DNA of 61,364 bases, counting the filler. It is 6 parts of 6 records of this genome, joined end to end, with 100 filler letters (N's around TTAATTAATTAA, not from the genome) between each part and the next. Parts side by side here need not be neighbours in the genome. Positions count along the whole stretch, not along the records: positions 44,162 to 55,349 come from DRR723986_9975; positions 55,450 to 61,364 come from DRR723986_9978; 4 more parts are not named here. One strand, written 5' to 3'. A program made the position numbers and the translations under genes. Shown here one piece after another: positions 49,733 through 60,351 of the stretch. The notes below the pieces were generated by a model that saw nothing but the letters and a program-made list of their open reading frames with translations, was not told the DNA's origin and did no database searches. The number at the start of each line of letters is the position of its first letter. The stretch's first letter is position 1.

Positions 49733-50752
49733 CTAAGCTGCGGCTGTGCGGTTCTGGGTCAGCATCCCCAGATAGGCCTGCGCCCCGGCGCGGTCGATCA
49801 CCGTCCAGGCTGGGGTCCGGTCGGGTTCCGCCAACCGGGCTGCGGATTTTCCGGTGGCTTCCAGCACGTCCGACAACAGCGCCGTATCCAGCGCACAGCG
49901 GCCCGCAAGCAGGCAATCGTGATCGTCCAGCAGCACGTGATAGGCGGTGATCATCGGGCGTTCGAGGCAGATCTGCGCGGCGCTGGCGCGGCGGATGTCC
50001 TCGACCCTCGCCAGAACCTGTTCTTCGCCGAAAAGGTATTCCACCTCGCTGCCGGTCAGCAACAGCCGTTGGTTGCGGGTGACGGTGATATCTTCGCTCA
50101 GCCCGAAATAGGGCGCCCGCAGGCGGATCGGGGCCGAGGCACCACGGGCCAGCTGGTCGGTCTGGCCGATCCAGCGAATGGTTTGGTCTTCGCCCTTGCG
50201 GGACAGGATGCGCATTCCCGGGTGCAAATCCGCGACGCGCATCGGACCTGTTGGGGTCTGAACGCGGGTGTCGCCCGCAATGCCGGGCAGCTCCGTTTCG
50301 GGCAGCGGGTGATTGGCCACCCCTGCATATGCGACAGAGACCATGGGGCCGGGCGATTCCGGCACGATCTCTGCCAGGCTGTTCGGGGCGACATGACCCG
50401 GATGCGCGGTGACGCGGTTGCCGGTCTGGGCGTTGGTCAGGACAAGCTGGCCTGTTTTGCCCAACCGGTCCCAGGAATAGTGAAGAAGCAGCGGTTCACG
50501 GGAAAACAGGAAACCTGCGTCGGTTTCAAAGAGGAACGCCCCCTGTTCCACGCAAACGGTGCCGTTGGGGCGACAGATGATGCGCAGGTCGCGGGCGGTT
50601 CCGGTGCGGCCCTGCCACAGGATCGCAGGCACCTGAACCTCGCCGCGCAGGGTCATTTCAAAGCGGATCGTGCCATGGGACAGGTCTGCCATACGCGCCT
50701 GCGCATCGAAATGCGTCAGTTTCCGTCCATCCCAGATCGCCAGCCAGCTCAT
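49733..50752 (-). CDS. Hint-domain protein with degenerate catalytic residues
   Basis: GDTRVQTPTG, IRWIG, PIRLRAPYFGL, AYHVLLDDH; Gly in place of Cys1. Confidence 0.85.
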   Translation of the reverse strand: MSWLAIWDGRKLTHFDAQARMADLSHGTIRFEMTLRGEVQVPAILWQGRTGTARDLRIICRPNGTVCVEQGAFLFETDAGFLFSREPLLLHYSWDRLGKTGQLVLTNAQTGNRVTAHPGHVAPNSLAEIVPESPGPMVSVAYAGVANHPLPETELPGIAGDTRVQTPTGPMRVADLHPGMRILSRKGEDQTIRWIGQTDQLARGASAPIRLRAPYFGLSEDITVTRNQRLLLTGSEVEYLFGEEQVLARVEDIRRASAAQICLERPMITAYHVLLDDHDCLLAGRCALDTALLSDVLEATGKSAARLAEPDRTPAWTVIDRAGAQAYLGMLTQNRTAAA

Positions 50753-50840
50753 CTCGAAACAATGCCCCTTATTCCACTGGATTGGACAATATCCGGGAAG
50801 TTGGGGCCGAAGTTGTGCGGAAATGTGGAAAGAATGTGGC

Positions 50841-52421
50841 CTAGGCGAAAAGCGCCGCCGCCTCATAACTGCGCAGGCTGGGGCGGGCAGAGGCGCCATA
50901 GCCCGGACCAGTGTCCGGGTTGAGGTCGGGGAACAGCGAAAACAGTTCCTGCCTTACGCCATCATCGAAGCCGGACAGGGTCACCGGGCCGGGATGGAAG
51001 CTTTCGGTTTGCAGGCCCTCGGACCAGATGATCTGGTGTTCGTCAAAAAGCAGGTGGAAATAATCGACCGTGCCGCCTTCGCGCACCCGGATCGAGCAGT
51101 CGTTGACCAGATCCTTGGCTGCGACCAGAACCTCGTCTTCGCCGAACAGCAGTTCCGCCATGTGATGGCTGACCAGAACCCGGTGCTGCGGCGACAAAAC
51201 CAGCGTGTCATGGAACCCCATGGTGCCGCGTTCGATAACGATCGGGGCAAATTTACCGGTCGCCTCAACCGTGCGATTGCCGATCCAGCGGATCGGTTGC
51301 AAGCCGTTGTCGCGGGTGTCCACCAGATCGCCGACGCGTAACTGCTCCACCGGGATCTCGCCGCGGTCGGTTCGAATCCGGGTGCCGGACACGAAACAGG
51401 GGATCGTCGTGATGGTGACAAAGGCAGTATCCGAGATGCCGTTCCCGTTGCCGGTCGCCGCTGTATAGGAAAAGGTGAAATCCTCGGGCGTCGTCGGTGG
51501 GGTATAGCTGGTGGGGGCCTCGACCAGCAGAGTGCCATCGGCCTGAAGCGTTATGTCAAACCCGTTGCTCAGCGTTATTGTGTCACCGACCGTGACCGCC
51601 TGCCCGTTGATATGCGTAACCACCATCGAATTGGGGGCCTGATCATTGTCGATCACATCGACAGAGATATCGCCGTAGCCTGAGAAGGTGGCCGAATCGT
51701 CATTGGCCAACACACTTCCCTCGGCCGAGTTCGCGGCAATCAGAATGGCCGAGTCATAGCTGCTGTCTGCAACATCCGCGATGCCCAGCCTGATGGTGTT
51801 CACCTGGTTCGGAGTGACTGTCATCGTGACCGACAGCGTCACGGTATAGCCGTCCATTTCGGTGTTGGCGCTGTCATCGGTATTGCTGACATACAGCGTT
51901 TCATTCGCGCTGTTGTTGACGTTGTTGATCTGCGCGATCTCGAACACGGGCGAAGCGACCTCTACCCCGTTGATCCAGATGCCGACCGCGTCGTTGAAGA
52001 CCGAGCCAACGTATTCCGGGTATTCTTCCGATGCGAAGATGAACTGCATCGACAGCGTATCGCCATCGGGGATGAAATCCGCCTCCAGGATGGCGGCGTC
52101 ATAGGTGCTGCGCCCGGCCAGTGCGTTGAACCCGGCGTCGTTGTTAATGCCGTTCGTGTTGGTCGATGTGTTGGACCGCACATTCGGATCGCCAGAGGAG
52201 TTGGTGAAATCCCTGACCCGCCCGGTGGACAGGATCACACCGGAATCCGAGGGCGTGGCATCCGGCGAGGTCGCGTCGCCGCCCGACCAGATGCCCGAGG
52301 AGTTGCGGTCGCCCGAATAGGACGCACTGACAACTGTAACCCCATCGCCAAAGATGGTTTCGGCCATTTCATTGGCCGTTGCCCGATTGTCGATTGTCAG
52401 TTCACTTGCCGTAACCGGCAT
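50841..52421 (-). CDS. choice-of-anchor L-like domain + Hint (B-type bacterial intein-like) protein
   Basis: GVILSTG, FASEEYPEYVGS-FND; PCFVSGTRI, LSPQHR, YFHLLFDEHQII-SEGL-TESFHPG. Confidence 0.9.
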   Translation of the reverse strand: MPVTASELTIDNRATANEMAETIFGDGVTVVSASYSGDRNSSGIWSGGDATSPDATPSDSGVILSTGRVRDFTNSSGDPNVRSNTSTNTNGINNDAGFNALAGRSTYDAAILEADFIPDGDTLSMQFIFASEEYPEYVGSVFNDAVGIWINGVEVASPVFEIAQINNVNNSANETLYVSNTDDSANTEMDGYTVTLSVTMTVTPNQVNTIRLGIADVADSSYDSAILIAANSAEGSVLANDDSATFSGYGDISVDVIDNDQAPNSMVVTHINGQAVTVGDTITLSNGFDITLQADGTLLVEAPTSYTPPTTPEDFTFSYTAATGNGNGISDTAFVTITTIPCFVSGTRIRTDRGEIPVEQLRVGDLVDTRDNGLQPIRWIGNRTVEATGKFAPIVIERGTMGFHDTLVLSPQHRVLVSHHMAELLFGEDEVLVAAKDLVNDCSIRVREGGTVDYFHLLFDEHQIIWSEGLQTESFHPGPVTLSGFDDGVRQELFSLFPDLNPDTGPGYGASARPSLRSYEAAALFA

Positions 52422-52641
52422 GGTCTGCGCCCCACATTTAAGACATGCGCCCCGCAGATATCGGAATGGTCACCTGCCTGCTGGTGACTCCCCTTGCGTT
52501 GAACATGCCCGTCGTTCTTACTTTTTCCCAACGATAGCCCAGATTTGGCCACAGGTTAAGCCCCTGCACATCTGGTCGCGGCCTTGAGTCCTTCTCGTCA
52601 CAGGTCTATCGCTGAGCGCAGAAATCAAGGAGACCCGCATC

Positions 52642-53784
52642 ATGATCGACCCGCAGAAACTGACCGCCGATCTGGTGCGCTGTGCCTCTGTCACGCCGGA
52701 AGAGGGCGGCGCGCTGGTGTTGTTGGAACAGGTGCTGTCGCAGGCGGGTTTTGCCTGCACGCGCGTAGATCGCGGCGAGGTGTCGAACCTCTTTGCCCGG
52801 TGGGGCGACAAGGGCCATGCCCGGACCTTTGGCTTCAACGGGCATACCGATGTGGTGCCAGTGGGCGACGCGGCATCCTGGACGCACCCGCCCTTTGGCG
52901 CAGAAGTGCAAGACGGCTGGCTCTACGGACGTGGTGCGACCGACATGAAATCGGGTGTGGCAGCCTTTGCGGCGGCGGCGATTGATTTCGTGCGTGACAC
53001 ACCGCCGGACGGGGCCATCGTGCTGACCATCACCGGCGATGAGGAAGGCCCCTCGACCGATGGCACGATTGCATTGCTGGACTGGATGCACGCGCAAAAC
53101 GAACGCATGAGCGCCTGCATCGTGGGCGAACCGACCTGTCCTGAAACCATCGGTGATATGATCAAGATCGGGCGGCGCGGGTCGATGTCCGCGTGGTTTA
53201 CCGTAAAGGGCAAGCAAGGCCATTCAGCCTATCTGCACAAGGTGCTGAACCCGATGCCCGCCGTGGCGCTGCTGGCGCATCGGTTGTCTTCGCATGTGCT
53301 GGACGAAGGCACCGATCATTTCGATCCCTCCACCTGTTCGGTGACGACGATCGACACCGGCAACCCAGCGACCAACGTGATCCCGGCGGAAACAAGGATG
53401 ACGGTGAACCTGCGTTTCAACGATCTGCATACGGGCGCAAGTCTGACCGAGTGGTTGCAGGCCGAAGCGGACAAGGTGGCCTCTGAGACGGGCGTAAAGA
53501 TCGGGATGACCTTCAAGATCTCTGGCGAGGCTTTTCTGACGCCCCCCGGCGATCTCTCAACGCTGGTATCAACGGCTGTCACCGCGGAAACTGGGCTGGT
53601 GCCGGTCCTGTCGACCACCGGTGGGACATCTGACGCGCGGTTCGTGAAGTCCCATTGCCCGGTGGTAGAATTCGGGCTGGTCGGCCACCGGATGCATCAG
53701 GTGGATGAACGGGTCTGGATCGAGGATATCCACGCGTTGAAATGCATCTATGCCCGCATCCTGAGCGACTATTTCGCCGCATGA
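52642..53784 (+). CDS. dapE: succinyl-diaminopimelate desuccinylase
   Basis: [33 protein letters not shown]. Confidence 0.97.
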   Translation: MIDPQKLTADLVRCASVTPEEGGALVLLEQVLSQAGFACTRVDRGEVSNLFARWGDKGHARTFGFNGHTDVVPVGDAASWTHPPFGAEVQDGWLYGRGATDMKSGVAAFAAAAIDFVRDTPPDGAIVLTITGDEEGPSTDGTIALLDWMHAQNERMSACIVGEPTCPETIGDMIKIGRRGSMSAWFTVKGKQGHSAYLHKVLNPMPAVALLAHRLSSHVLDEGTDHFDPSTCSVTTIDTGNPATNVIPAETRMTVNLRFNDLHTGASLTEWLQAEADKVASETGVKIGMTFKISGEAFLTPPGDLSTLVSTAVTAETGLVPVLSTTGGTSDARFVKSHCPVVEFGLVGHRMHQVDERVWIEDIHALKCIYARILSDYFAA

Positions 53785-54353
53785 CCCGCCCCACTGTCGT
53801 CGTGATGGTGAAAGAGCCGCGCCCCGGTCGGGTCAAGACGCGGCTGGCGCGGGGCATTGGCCGGGTTTCGGCGGCATGGTGGTACAGGCATCAGGTGGTC
53901 CGGTTGCTGCGTCGCCTGCGCGATCCGCGCTGGCGCTTGGTGCTGGCGGTGTCCCCCGATGCGGAAGGTCTTGCCAGCCGCGTCTGGCCAGCAGATCTGC
54001 CGCGTCTGCCGCAGGGCAAGGGCGATCTTGGTGCCCGCATGGCGCGGCTGTTGGCTTTGCCCGGCCCGGTTCTGGTCATCGGCAGCGATATTCCGGGCGT
54101 CACCCGCGCCCATCTGGCCCGTGCCCTGCGCGCCCTTGCCACCCATGACGCCGTGTTCGGCCCCGCCCCGGATGGCGGCTATTGGTTGATCGGCCTTGGC
54201 CCCCGCCCGGCCCCTCCGGGGTTTCTGGCGAGGGTGCGCTGGTCCGGCGCGCACGCTTTGGCTGATAGTATGGCAACCCTTGGCGAGCGCAGGGTTTCAC
54301 TGGTGGATCAGTTGGCCGATATCGACACCGCAGACGATCTGCGCAGCGTCTGA
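53781..54353 (+). CDS. DUF2064 / TIGR04282 glycosyltransferase-like protein
   Basis: [44 protein letters not shown] overlap with dapE. Confidence 0.9.
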   Translation: MTRPTVVVMVKEPRPGRVKTRLARGIGRVSAAWWYRHQVVRLLRRLRDPRWRLVLAVSPDAEGLASRVWPADLPRLPQGKGDLGARMARLLALPGPVLVIGSDIPGVTRAHLARALRALATHDAVFGPAPDGGYWLIGLGPRPAPPGFLARVRWSGAHALADSMATLGERRVSLVDQLADIDTADDLRSV

Positions 54354-54404
54354 GCCCCTTGTTTTCCGCATGACGCGCCCCTTGGCCCGTGCTAGGCCAA
54401 GGGC

Positions 54405-55349
54405 ATGAGCCAGATCCCCACCAAAGACCAGATCCTCGCCTGGATTTCCGACAATCCCGGCCATGCCTCGAAACGCGATATCGCCAAGGCCTTCGGTATA
54501 AAGGGCGCGGCGCGGATCGACTTGAAACGCATCCTGCGAGAGTTGGAGACCGAGGGCCATCTGGAAAAGCGCAAGAAAACCTATCGCGATCCGGACCGAC
54601 TGCCGCCTGTCGCGGTGTTGCAGGTTCTGGCGCCCGATGATCTGGGCGATGTCTTTTGCCGCCCGCTGGAATGGCAGGGCGAGGGGCCGGAACCGCGTAT
54701 TCTGTTCAGCGCCAAGGCGACCGACCCCGCGCTTGGCGAAGGCGACCGCATCCTTGCCCGGATGCAGGAGATCGAGGGTGAAGATCATCAATATGTCGCG
54801 CGGCTGATCCGGCGTATTGGCACCAACCCGCACAAAATCCTCGGTATCTTCCGCAAAGGGGCCGAAGGTGGGCGGATCGTGCCGATCGACAAAGGGTCGG
54901 ACAAGGAATGGATAGTGCCCGCCGCCGCCACCGAAGGCGCCAAGGATGGCGAATTGGTAGAGGCCGAACAGACCGGCCCCAAGGGGCGCATGGGCCTGCA
55001 AAAGGCGCGCATTCTGCAACGGCTCGGCGACCCGAGCCAGCCAAAGGCGGTATCCTTGATCGCCATCCATCAGCACGGCATTCCCGACGATTTCCCCGAT
55101 GAGGTTGTCACGGAATCGGACAATGCCAAGCCTGCGGGCCTGTCAGGCCGTGAAGATCTGCGGGACATGCCGCTGGTCACCATCGACCCTGTCGATGCCC
55201 GCGACCGCGACGATGCCTGCCTTGCCCATGCCGATGATGACCCGAAAAACCCCGGCGGTTTCGTGATCTGGGTCGCCATCGCCGACGTGGCCCATTATGT
55301 GCGCCCCGGATCGGCGCTGGACCGCGAGGCGCGCAAGCGCGGCAATTCC
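54405..55349 (+). CDS. rnr: ribonuclease R, N-terminal part
   Basis: N-terminal HTH, REDLRD, VTIDP-DARDRDDA, VAIADVAHYV, RGNS. Confidence 0.96.
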
Positions 55350-55449
55350 NNNNNNNNNNNNNNNNNNNNNNNNNNNNNNNNNNNNNNNNNNNNTTAATTA
55401 ATTAANNNNNNNNNNNNNNNNNNNNNNNNNNNNNNNNNNNNNNNNNNNN
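55350..55449. other. artificial contig linker
   Basis: N44-TTAATTAATTAA-N44. Confidence 0.99.
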
Positions 55450-55495
55450 GGCCGCGCGGGTCGACGCCGAAGGCGGCGAGATCAGCCATGCTCAT
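55450..55495 (-). CDS. start of the next gene, probably the second carbohydrate ABC permease (truncated)
   Basis: ATGA overlap with the permease stop; reads MSMADLAAFGVDPRG; identity inferred from operon order only. Confidence 0.5.
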
Positions 55496-56736
55496 AGTCC
55501 TTCCTCCCGCGACATGAACCGGAAGAACCCCCAGGAAAACACCAGCAGGCACAGTAGGATCACCACCGCCACCGCCGCGCCCGCGCCGATATTCGACAGC
55601 TCGAAGGCCTGCTCATAGACATTGACCGTCAGCGTCCGCGTCCCCGCGTTGCCGCCGGTCAGCAGGAAGATGTCGTCGAACTTGTTGAACGTCCAGATAA
55701 AGCGAAGCAAAAACAAGACACTAAGGATGCCCATCAGTTGCGGCAGACTCAGGTAGCGGAACTTCTGAAAGGGGCTCGCCCCGTCCATGTCGGCGGCCTC
55801 GTACATATCCGTGTCGATGGATTGCATCCGCGCCAGGATGAACAGGAAAGACAGCGGGAAATAGCGCCAGATCTCGAACACCGTCACCATGATCAGCGCC
55901 AGAGGGCGTTCCCCGAAGAAATTGATTGTGTCCTGCGTCACCCCCATCTGCACCAGGAGCGCATTGACGGAGCCTGAGAACGGATCGAACAGGATCACCC
56001 ACGAGAACGCCACCGCAATCACCGGCGCAACATAGGGAAACAGGTAAAATCCCCGCAAAATCCCCTGCCCCCGGAAACTGCGGTTCAATAGCAGTGCCGC
56101 GAACAACCCGACGACAAGCGCACCGATCGTGCCCACGATGGTATAGAACAAGGTCGCCCAGATGACGGCCCAGAAGTCTCGACTGTCGAACAGTCGGGCA
56201 AAGTTCTCGAAGGTGAATTCCGCATTGGTCAGGATGAAATCCGCCTCGCCGGTCAGAACCGGCTCCACATCGTCAACATCCGTTTCATTGTCGAAATAGT
56301 CTTGTGTCACAGTGCCTTCGATGGCGATGGTTTCTCGCTGACCACCCTCGAGGTCGCCCAGATCACAAAGGAAGTCAGTGCCGGACAAGGTGCAACGCGG
56401 ATCCATTTCACCCGGCAAGAAGCCTGATGGCAGAACGTCGCGCAGGGTTACACCGGTGATCACCACATCCGGCGAGGAATTTCGGACCCGGAATTGCCAG
56501 GTGGCCGCGTCGCCCGTGTCAGCCGGGCGGCCACGCATCTGCTCATTCGCAACCGGAGCAGGGGCGCGCAGATCGGCCAGTTCCACGGGTTTGACACTGA
56601 TCCAGAATATCGCCAACAGCGGCAGGACAACCACCAGCGCCACAGCGCTCAGCGTCGGCAGCAACAGTCCCCAGGCCAGCCGCGCTTCGCGCCGCCCAAG
56701 GGGCCCCGTGCCTTTTGGTGGAACGGCAGAGATCAT
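55492..56736 (-). CDS. carbohydrate ABC transporter permease with extra periplasmic domain
   Basis: EAA motif YEAADMDGASPFQKFRYLSLP, FNKFDDIFLLTGG. Confidence 0.93.
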   Translation of the reverse strand: MISAVPPKGTGPLGRREARLAWGLLLPTLSAVALVVVLPLLAIFWISVKPVELADLRAPAPVANEQMRGRPADTGDAATWQFRVRNSSPDVVITGVTLRDVLPSGFLPGEMDPRCTLSGTDFLCDLGDLEGGQRETIAIEGTVTQDYFDNETDVDDVEPVLTGEADFILTNAEFTFENFARLFDSRDFWAVIWATLFYTIVGTIGALVVGLFAALLLNRSFRGQGILRGFYLFPYVAPVIAVAFSWVILFDPFSGSVNALLVQMGVTQDTINFFGERPLALIMVTVFEIWRYFPLSFLFILARMQSIDTDMYEAADMDGASPFQKFRYLSLPQLMGILSVLFLLRFIWTFNKFDDIFLLTGGNAGTRTLTVNVYEQAFELSNIGAGAAVAVVILLCLLVFSWGFFRFMSREEGL

Positions 56737-56766
56737 GCGTCTGCTCCGTGGGTTTACAGGAAAAGG

Positions 56767-56797
56767 CGGCCCCGGTTTGATAAGGAAACCGGGGCCG
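56767..56797 (-). promoter_or_regulatory. intercistronic stem-loop after the binding-protein gene
   Basis: CGGCCCCGGTTT-7 nt-AAACCGGGGCCG with T-run on the minus strand. Confidence 0.7.
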
Positions 56798-56811
56798 GGA
56801 GGAAGCAGACC

Positions 56812-58167
56812 TTATTCGAGGCCAGCTATCTCTTCATTCATCAGCGCGACTGTCGCGGCGGCATCGCGCTCACCGTCGATATATTCGCGCACCAGGCGGT
56901 TGATCACCTGGCTGTTGATGATGCGGCTGGCCAGCGCCAGTTGGCCTTCGGCGACACCCCAACGCTGTGCGACATCCAGGCCGCCGACGATTTCGTCGAT
57001 CATCTCCTGCGCATAGAGCTCGCCAAGCGGAGCGCGGCGGTCGACGCCGACCTCAAGCTCGGCCCAGGCGTCCGTGAATTCCGTCGGATTCTCGGCGGTG
57101 CCACGGCGGACCGGGAACTTGCCCTCGGGCGCGATGGCGAGCGTCGCGGTGTAGCCTTCGTTCATGGAGTATTCCACGAACTGCATCGCCGCGTCGGTAT
57201 CCGCATCTGCGGTGATCCCGAAGTAACGCACATCGCCCCAAGCAGCCCCATCCGGGTTCGAGGGACCGGCGAAGTTGGTCACGATGCCGGTTGCGGCAGC
57301 CAGATCCCGGCTGGTCGGATCGTCATTGATGGTGGGCGGGGCGCTGTCGCGCAGGCCGGCCAGTTCGTCGAGGATGAAGGGCGACCAGATGATCATCGCC
57401 GCGCGGCCCGCGAAGTAAAGCTCACGGCTTTGCTGCCAGAACAGCTCCCCTTCCGGGCTGGCTTCCACGATAGCGCGGTAGAATTCCAGTACCTCGGTGG
57501 TCGCGTCCACATCCAGTTCAGCCACACCATCTTCGTCCACCGGCGACACGCCATTTGCCAGGAACACATGCTCCAGCACCTGGCTCATGAAATTCTCGTC
57601 GACCTTGGTGGCGGCGACGAAACCGAACATCTCAGGCGGATTGTGCAGGGCTTCGATGGCGGCCAGCACGTTGGCGTAGGTGTTGGGCGGCTCCAGCCCG
57701 TTTTCCGCAAACAGGTCGGCGCGATAAACAATCATCTGCGTCCAGCCATCGACCGGCACCGAGGCGTAGCCATCGGGCGTTGCGGCCATTTCCAGCGCGC
57801 CGGGTGCGAACGTCTCCATGCCAAGTGCATCGATCACGTCAGATGCGGCGTCGGTGTCGAGAATACCCGCTTCTGCCCAGGGCAGCGCGTATTGCAGCGT
57901 GTGATAGATCACGTCAGGCAGGTCGCCGGCGGCGAACGCGGCGGTGGCGCGGGTGCCCAGATCGGATTCGGTGACCGGGATCACCTCAACCTCGATGCCG
58001 GTTTCTTCGGTGAAGTCCGCGGCCATCGCCTCTTGCCGCGCAAGGCGTTCGGGCTGTTCTTCCGTGGTCCAGAAGCGGATTGTGTCCGCCCCGGCAGCGG
58101 CGCTGAGCGCCAAGGTCGAGGCTGCCGCCAGCAACATCGCCCGTCCTGTCTTGGTCATCAAAGTCAT
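56812..58167 (-). CDS. carbohydrate ABC transporter substrate-binding protein
   Basis: Signal peptide; IRFWTTE, AAGDLPDV, YRADLF, FAGRAAM. Confidence 0.93.
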   Translation of the reverse strand: MTLMTKTGRAMLLAAASTLALSAAAGADTIRFWTTEEQPERLARQEAMAADFTEETGIEVEVIPVTESDLGTRATAAFAAGDLPDVIYHTLQYALPWAEAGILDTDAASDVIDALGMETFAPGALEMAATPDGYASVPVDGWTQMIVYRADLFAENGLEPPNTYANVLAAIEALHNPPEMFGFVAATKVDENFMSQVLEHVFLANGVSPVDEDGVAELDVDATTEVLEFYRAIVEASPEGELFWQQSRELYFAGRAAMIIWSPFILDELAGLRDSAPPTINDDPTSRDLAAATGIVTNFAGPSNPDGAAWGDVRYFGITADADTDAAMQFVEYSMNEGYTATLAIAPEGKFPVRRGTAENPTEFTDAWAELEVGVDRRAPLGELYAQEMIDEIVGGLDVAQRWGVAEGQLALASRIINSQVINRLVREYIDGERDAAATVALMNEEIAGLE

Positions 58168-58214
58168 TCGTTCACTCCCTTGGTTGGTCTGGTTCGCCGG
58201 CTTGACCCCGGCAG

Positions 58215-59270
58215 TCAGTTTTCCGGTGCCCGTCCATCAGATCCACGAGCGATCAGATGGGCCGGGACGGTTTCGCGTAAGGTATCGGGGTCGGCCCCAC
58301 GGATCAGGGCAAACAGCATCTTTGCCAGCCGCGCCCCTGCGGCGCGGGTATCGACCGCGTAGGTGGTCAGCGGGGGCGAGGCGGTGGCGGCTTCCGGGAT
58401 GCCGTCATAGGACAGCACCGACAGGTCGCGCCCGATGGTCAGCCCACGCGCCTCTGCCGCGCGATAGACGCCAAGTGCCGCCAGATCCAGCGCACAGACA
58501 ATCGCCGTGGGCGGATTCGGCAGGTCCAGCAATTCCAGCCCGAGGGCCTCCCCCGATGCGATGGTGGTGGCGCCTTCGCGGATAAGGCTGGCATCAAACT
58601 GCAATCCTGCCTTGGCCAACCCCTGTTTGAACCCGTCAAGGCGCAGCGAGGCGTAGTTGTAGACGGTCAGCCCGTTGATAAAGCCAATCCGCTGATGCCC
58701 CAATCCCGCCAGACGCAAGGCCCCGTCCCGCATGGCATCTTCACCCGAAATGTCGAACCATGCGCAGCCCTTGGGGTCACCAGTACGGCCATAAAGAACG
58801 AACGGAACCTGCAATTTGCGCAACAGGTCGATGCGGGCATCTTCAATCTTGGTACGCGGCAGGATGAATCCATCGACCTTCCTCTCCTCAACCAGACGCG
58901 CCATGGTGTCGACCTCGTCTTCTTCGTCGAAGGCGGTTGCGACGGTCAGCGACCATGCCTCTTCCGACGCGGCGCGGCTGATCCCGTCGAGGAAGTCGGT
59001 GAGGAAAGGTTTATGCGCATTGCCCGGCCCGGCGTTCAAGACCAGCCCGAGTGACCGGGACAGCCCGGTGCGGATCGCCTGCGCCTGCGCCATGGGCCGA
59101 TACCCCATCCGCTCTGCCATGCGTGCAACCCTGAGACGGGTCGCATCCGAGATGTCGGGATAGCCATTGAGCGCCCGACTGACGGTGCCCTTGGCGATCC
59201 CCAATTCCTGCGCCAGATCGTTGATCGTGACGCGGCCCCGGTTGCCGGATTTGAACTGAACGACGGACAT
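58215..59270 (-). CDS. LacI family transcriptional regulator
   Basis: VTINDLAQELGIAKGTVSRALNG HTH; PPTAI, DLSV, PPLTT. Confidence 0.96.
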   Translation of the reverse strand: MSVVQFKSGNRGRVTINDLAQELGIAKGTVSRALNGYPDISDATRLRVARMAERMGYRPMAQAQAIRTGLSRSLGLVLNAGPGNAHKPFLTDFLDGISRAASEEAWSLTVATAFDEEDEVDTMARLVEERKVDGFILPRTKIEDARIDLLRKLQVPFVLYGRTGDPKGCAWFDISGEDAMRDGALRLAGLGHQRIGFINGLTVYNYASLRLDGFKQGLAKAGLQFDASLIREGATTIASGEALGLELLDLPNPPTAIVCALDLAALGVYRAAEARGLTIGRDLSVLSYDGIPEAATASPPLTTYAVDTRAAGARLAKMLFALIRGADPDTLRETVPAHLIARGSDGRAPEN

Positions 59271-59302
59271 GGTTTTTCCTCTCCCGACTCAAACGCTCGG
59301 CT

Positions 59303-59318
59303 CCGAAACCGGTTTCGG
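59303..59318. promoter_or_regulatory. LacI-family operator
   Basis: Perfect 16-bp palindrome CCGAAACCGGTTTCGG with central CG, 33 nt upstream of the LacI start. Confidence 0.8.
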
Positions 59319-59367
59319 CAAGGGATTTTTTGCCCCTATCGCCGAAACCGCCCCGAAACCGGCGCGG

Positions 59368-60351
59368 TCAAGGCAGGATGTCAGTCGTCCATTCGAGGAT
59401 AGTTTCCGTCACCGGCGCGGTCATTGCGGGACTTAGAATATCGCCCGCGATGACATGGAAATAAGGGTCGGCGCCGGTCTGGGGCAGGGTCTGCGGGGCC
59501 AGTGTCACGGTACCGCCCCAGCCTGCGATAAACTCATGAGAGGCCGCTGCCGAAACGACTTGGTCATTTTCAGAGAAAATCACCAGAACCGGCACCGAAA
59601 CACCGCTGTAGTCGCGGTTTCGGGCCTCTCTCATCAGGGTGCCAAGGCTGGTCAGCGCCCCGGTTCCATAGCGAGTCGTCCAGTAGCGCCCATGCCCTTC
59701 GTTCAGTGCCTCCCATGCCCGTTCCTCGCCCGCCAGCAGCGGCACGATCTGGCGTGCAAAGGCCAGTTCTGTGATGACGGCAGCGGGGTTCGCGACTCGG
59801 AAATTGGGCGACACCATCACAACACCAGCCACGTTCTCGGCCATATCAGGCTCCGTCATCGCATAAGCCGCCAGCGTTGCCCCGGTGGAGGTTCCCATGA
59901 TCAGCACCCGTTCCCCTGCCGCGCGCGCCAGATCGAGGAACAGCGCCGCGTCATCGGCCCAATCACTGGCCGTGGCCATCGCCAGCGCATCGCCCGTCCG
60001 GCCATGGCCTGATAGGCGCGCGTAGATCAGGTTCGCGCCAAGCGCCTCGGCCACGGTGTCAGGAACCGGGCGGATTTCCTCAGACGTCGCTGAAAAGCCG
60101 TGCAGGTAGAGGATCGACAGCGGCGTCTGCGTCTCGGGCGCACCGGCCCAGATCACCCGTGCCTCCGTCCCCGGCGTGATGTCGGAAAAGGCCGCTTCGC
60201 GCTCTGCCAGCACTTCGGTGATGCCCCTGCCCTCGATGGACACCGGCGCGCCGCGTTCGATCTGTTCACGCGGGCCAAGGAACAGCAATCCGGCGGCCAG
60301 TGCCACCACCCCGACGATCAAGAGGACAAGCCGTTTCAAAAATCTAAACAT
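59368..60351 (-). CDS. membrane-anchored alpha/beta hydrolase
   Basis: N-terminal TM; YLHGFSA, GTSTG nucleophile elbow, DQVV, HVIAG. Confidence 0.9.
   Translation of the reverse strand: MFRFLKRLVLLIVGVVALAAGLLFLGPREQIERGAPVSIEGRGITEVLAEREAAFSDITPGTEARVIWAGAPETQTPLSILYLHGFSATSEEIRPVPDTVAEALGANLIYARLSGHGRTGDALAMATASDWADDAALFLDLARAAGERVLIMGTSTGATLAAYAMTEPDMAENVAGVVMVSPNFRVANPAAVITELAFARQIVPLLAGEERAWEALNEGHGRYWTTRYGTGALTSLGTLMREARNRDYSGVSVPVLVIFSENDQVVSAAASHEFIAGWGGTVTLAPQTLPQTGADPYFHVIAGDILSPAMTAPVTETILEWTTDILP

Noticed and set aside
50841-51410. Hint domain as a mobile intein
   Set aside because: No C-terminal HN-C/S/T splice junction and no homing endonuclease; fits a B-type intein-like domain
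56494-58362. 622-aa plus-strand ORF (also 33827-35215, 49919-50923, 3339-4364)
   Set aside because: Antisense shadows of well-supported GC-rich genes, with no recognisable motifs
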